From contig JBCCXZ010000002.1 in assembly GCA_039190745.1 (NCBI GenBank), positions 64,001 through 128,000 of the forward strand: a stretch of DNA of 64,000 nt, in the 5' to 3' direction. Made by a program: the position numbers and the translations under genes. This DNA is from Planctomycetota bacterium. Its GTDB lineage: Bacteria > Planctomycetota > Planctomycetia > Pirellulales > Lacipirellulaceae. The number at the start of each line of letters is the position of its first letter. The stretch's first letter is position 1. A model generated the notes under the pieces. It was not told where the DNA came from. It did no database searches and was given only the letters and a program-made list of their open reading frames with translations. This document shows positions 59,939-64,000 of this stretch, piece after piece.

Positions 59939-60796
59939 CTAGTACTCGACGCCGACGTACGTGCCGAACCCGTGCAGGGCGAGGTCGCCCAGCAGGTTCG
60001 AGTCGCTGTCCCAACGCTGGGCCTCCCAGAAGATCGAGGCAACCAGGTCGAACGCGTCGAACTCGAACTCAAAATTGGCGCCGGCCTGGAATTCCCAGAC
60101 CTGCACGAACTCGTCGGTGATCTCCAGCGGGCCGCCGCCGATTAGGTAGATGTTGTCCTGTTCGATATCGCCGTAGAGCAGCGCGGTGCGGACCCGGCCG
60201 AAGAAGGACATCTCCTCGAAGAACACGGGGCGAGAACCCATCGCCGAGAACGTCGGCCCGGCGCCCTGGAACTCGGTCCCAGCGAGCCCGAACCATACGG
60301 CCTCGTCGAAGTCCTCCCACTCGAACTCGTCGCTGGCTTGCTCGCGGATCTCGTACTGGGCGTACCGCACGCCGGCGGTGCCGACCCAGTCCCAGACGCT
60401 GAACTTGCCGCGCTGGATGAACTCCGCGTCGAAAGCGTCGAGCTCGATGCCGAGGTCGCCGGCAATCGGCACCGTGCCGCTCCCGTCCCGGCCGACGCCG
60501 ACGTAGCCGGTGGTATTGTCGAACGTGAACCAACGGACCTGGACGCCGCCGCCCTGCTCGCCCTCGTAACCGAGCGAGACGCGCTGGGCGAAGTCGAGTT
60601 CCGATTCGACGTTCCCGTCGCCGAACTGCGGCACGGGCGAACCGTGGTAGAAGATATTGTCGAATCCGGCGCCGCTCAGTTTGGGAGCCAAGTACAGCAG
60701 GTCGACGCCCGCGAACCAGCCCTCATCGGCCCGGACGCCCGCCGCCTGCACGGCGACCGTGACGGCCGCGATGGCCGCAAGAAAGAACTGTTTCAT
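59939..60796 (-). CDS. Outer-membrane beta-barrel protein
   Basis: Signal peptide, amphipathic aromatic-rich strands, terminal GFGTYVGVEY. Confidence 0.78.
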   Translation of the reverse strand: MKQFFLAAIAAVTVAVQAAGVRADEGWFAGVDLLYLAPKLSGAGFDNIFYHGSPVPQFGDGNVESELDFAQRVSLGYEGEQGGGVQVRWFTFDNTTGYVGVGRDGSGTVPIAGDLGIELDAFDAEFIQRGKFSVWDWVGTAGVRYAQYEIREQASDEFEWEDFDEAVWFGLAGTEFQGAGPTFSAMGSRPVFFEEMSFFGRVRTALLYGDIEQDNIYLIGGGPLEITDEFVQVWEFQAGANFEFEFDAFDLVASIFWEAQRWDSDSNLLGDLALHGFGTYVGVEY

Positions 60797-61035
60797 GGAT
60801 ATTGCCCGCCTATGCTTCCGTGCATCGGTGACGCGACGCAGGTCACGTTGACCCGCGTGTGCCGGATGCGCCTGTCACGCGGCCGCTGGCCAGCGGACAG
60901 GGACGATCCGTGCCTCTCACAACACTGATTCGACCGCCCTTGCAGGAAGATTGAGGCTGACCGCAACTCCGCGCAAGACCGGGAAGACCAGAGCGAGCGC
61001 AACAGCCGGCAAGGTTTGACAAAGTCAGCTCGAAT

Positions 61036-61428
61036 CTAAGCGGGTTGGACGTGGTTACGGAGCCAATCGGTTAACTCGTCTTCCGAGAGCTGGCCTTCGG
61101 CAAGATGGAGTATAACCCGGTAGAGTTCGTCGTCGGTCGCCCCCAACTTGTAGCCGTTCAACTCAATGAATGCTTCGCAGACCACCGCCGCAGTCCGCTT
61201 GTTGCCGTCCACAAATGGGTGATTCCGCGCGATTCCGAATGCGTAGGCCGCCGCAAGTGCTGGTATGTCCGCCTTGTCGGCGGCGTACCCGTACAGGTGC
61301 CTCGGTCTTGCTAAGGCCGAGGAGAGCATACCCCGATCTCGGACCCCCTCCATGCCTCCGTGCTCGGCAAGCTGCCGGTGGTGGATCGCCTCGACCGCCT
61401 CTGCCAAAATCCAATCTGGATCGGTCAC
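61036..61428 (-). CDS. doc: Death-on-curing (Doc/Fic) family toxin
   Basis: HGG..GVRD..L.SALARP and NHPFVDGNKRTA Fic/Doc motif. Confidence 0.93.
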   Translation of the reverse strand: MTDPDWILAEAVEAIHHRQLAEHGGMEGVRDRGMLSSALARPRHLYGYAADKADIPALAAAYAFGIARNHPFVDGNKRTAAVVCEAFIELNGYKLGATDDELYRVILHLAEGQLSEDELTDWLRNHVQPA

Positions 61429-61431
61429 CGG

Positions 61432-61656
61432 CTACTCAGCCAGCTTTCGGAGCACGTTGCGACGCTCGCGCATGACCTGCTCAGCTGTCTCCATCTGACG
61501 CTGCAACTCTGCGTCGTAGGGGGTGAGCGTCACTCCGTCCGGGGCCTCGGTAATGTGCAGCTGATCTCCCTGGCCGACACGCAATCGCTCAAGCACCTCC
61601 TTGGGCAGGACAATGCCAACGGAGTTGCCGATCTTCGTGATTTTGACGGTCGTCAT
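61432..61656 (-). CDS. AbrB/MazE/SpoVT family antitoxin
   Basis: KITKIGNSVGIVLPKE; 3-nt gap before doc; GGAGG RBS. Confidence 0.93.
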   Translation of the reverse strand: MTTVKITKIGNSVGIVLPKEVLERLRVGQGDQLHITEAPDGVTLTPYDAELQRQMETAEQVMRERRNVLRKLAE

Positions 61657-61678
61657 GGCCTGAGTACCTCCACGTCCA

Positions 61679-61698
61679 ATTATAACTTCTGTTCGAAC
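61679..61698 (-). promoter_or_regulatory. -10 box and putative autoregulatory operator of the TA pair
   Basis: Minus-strand TATAAT (61679-61684) inside two near-palindromic 8-mers, ATTATAAC-ttct-GTTCGAAC. Confidence 0.5.
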
Positions 61699-61704
61699 GG
61701 GCGG

Positions 61705-62745
<1,041 letters not shown>

Positions 62746-62752
62746 ATGAGCT

Positions 62753-63101
62753 AGCCACAGATGAACACAGATAAACGCTGATGATCTAGTTGCTGTCGAA
62801 AGCTGATCTTAAGGCCTCGGCAACAACCTGTGATTGACTCGATGCATTCAAACCCATGCGTTCAACAACAATGTTGTCCAGTTCTTTGGCCAACGCGTTA
62901 CTCTCCATCCCGTCTCGTAGCCAACAATAGATAGGCCAGACATAGGCGTCGTACTCGTCGTCAACGACACCGCTTACGCCAATCGGATCCCACCTTTCGT
63001 TAAGGATCTGCTTGATCTCGGATAGCCGAGTGTCGCGTCGATGCGCCTCTTTCTCTGAGTCTCCGTGCGTCATCTGTGTGCATCTGCGTCCATCTGTGGC
63101 T
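62753..63101. mobile_element. Putative non-autonomous cassette: 32-bp periodic inverted repeats enclosing one ORF
   Basis: Arms 62753-62784 and 63070-63101 match 26/32 as inverted repeats; each is three 10-nt units with a CAGAT core; interior is low-GC. Confidence 0.6.
62786..63073 (-). CDS. 95-aa protein with WDPIG..DEYD.Y motif (DUF1871-like)
   Basis: MTHGDSEKEAHRRDTRLSEIKQILNERWDPIGVSGVVDDEYDAYVWPIY...; the ATG lies within the right repeat arm. Confidence 0.72.
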   Translation of the reverse strand: MTHGDSEKEAHRRDTRLSEIKQILNERWDPIGVSGVVDDEYDAYVWPIYCWLRDGMESNALAKELDNIVVERMGLNASSQSQVVAEALRSAFDSN

Positions 63102-63110
63102 GTTCCCAAA

Positions 63111-64000
63111 TCAAACGCCAACGCCGAACAGGTCGCTGTGCTCCAGCCCAAACGTCTCCGCCACCGGCCGGTTCGTCACCCGGCCCTGGTGCATGTTGAC
63201 CGACCGGGCCACCGGCGGACGTGCCTCGGCGGCCTCCTCGATGCCCCGCTCGGCGATCTCGATGACCCACGGAAGCGTCACGTTGCACAGGGCGAACGTG
63301 CTCGTTCGGCCGACGGCGCCCGGCATGTTGGTGACGCAGTAGTGCAGCACGTCGTCGATGATGTAAGTCGGCTCGGCGTGCGAGGTGGGCCGGCTCGTCT
63401 CGATGCAGCCGCCCTGATCGATGGCCACGTCGATGATCACGCTGCCCGGCTGCATCCGTTTGAGGTCTTCGCGCTCCACCAGCCGCGGGGCCTTGGCGCC
63501 GGGGATCAGCACGGCGCCGATCACCAGGTCGGCCCGCTCGAGCTGCTTGCGGATCGTGTGCCGGTCGCTGAACAGCACGTCGACGTTGGGCGGCATCACG
63601 TCGTCGAGGTAGCGGAGCCGGTCCATGTTGATGTCCAGCAGGGCAACATTGGCGTTGAACCCCGCGGCGATCTTCGCCGCATTCGCGCCAACTACGCCGC
63701 CGCCGAGCACGGTGATGTACGCCGGCGCCACGCCCGGCACGCCGCCCAGCAAAATGCCCCGGCCCATCTGCGGACGCTCCAAGTACTTGGCGCCCTCCTG
63801 GATGCTCATCCGCCCCGCCACCTCGCTCATCGGCGTGAGCAGCGGCAACCGGCCCTGGTCGTCGGCGAGCGTCTCGTACGCCGCGGCCGTGCAGCCGCTG
63901 GCCAGCACCGCCTCGGTCAGCTCACGGTCGGCGGCAAAGTGGAAGTAGGTGAACACGATTTGCCCCGAGCGGATCTTCGGCCACTCCTCGCGCATCGGCT
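63111..64000 (-). CDS. ald: Alanine dehydrogenase, 5'-truncated by the window edge
   Basis: FTYFHFAA, LPLLTPMSEVAGR, LGGVPGV, GGGVVG, GAVLIPGAKAP, DVAIDQGGC, HYCVTNMPGAV. Confidence 0.95.
   Translation of the reverse strand, partial: PMREEWPKIRSGQIVFTYFHFAADRELTEAVLASGCTAAAYETLADDQGRLPLLTPMSEVAGRMSIQEGAKYLERPQMGRGILLGGVPGVAPAYITVLGGGVVGANAAKIAAGFNANVALLDINMDRLRYLDDVMPPNVDVLFSDRHTIRKQLERADLVIGAVLIPGAKAPRLVEREDLKRMQPGSVIIDVAIDQGGCIETSRPTSHAEPTYIIDDVLHYCVTNMPGAVGRTSTFALCNVTLPWVIEIAERGIEEAAEARPPVARSVNMHQGRVTNRPVAETFGLEHSDLFGVGV

Noticed and set aside
59939..60796. Beta-barrel gene as the missing TolC partner of the RND pump
   Set aside because: Convergent orientation, too short, and all-beta with no TolC-type helical barrel.

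Overview
High-GC chromosomal window from a planctomycete, probably Pirellulales/Lacipirellulaceae-like. This is inferred from the DUF1553/DUF1501 pair, a PEP-CTERM protein and many planctomycete-type hypothetical proteins. It is mostly core or housekeeping sequence: tRNA-Leu(GAG), metG, hisI, RidA, suhB-like IMPase, ClpP-like protease, UbiD, beta-CASP RNase plus LOG, alkaline phosphatase, CHAD, an RND pump, an AbrB/Doc toxin-antitoxin pair, mtnA and ald. It also carries a double-NfeD/FloA membrane-microdomain operon, a GH16 PEP-CTERM glucanase and a pair of giant hypothetical membrane proteins. No CRISPR array, integrase, transposase or prophage was seen. The most notable unexplained signals are: (i) a low-GC one-gene cassette bounded exactly by 10-nt-periodic inverted repeats between ald and mtnA, alongside three other inverted-repeat families; (ii) a candidate structured ncRNA with promoter and terminator at about 34.65-34.82 kb; (iii) two unannotated paralogous 56-57 aa membrane microproteins behind a coiled-coil gene; (iv) a NfeD with two apparently dead protease domains; (v) a TPR-AAA plus membrane-TPR pair; (vi) an extracytoplasmic TlpA / Cys-Cys FG-GAP / DsbD-N redox cluster. 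All assignments come from motif recognition by eye; no searches were run.
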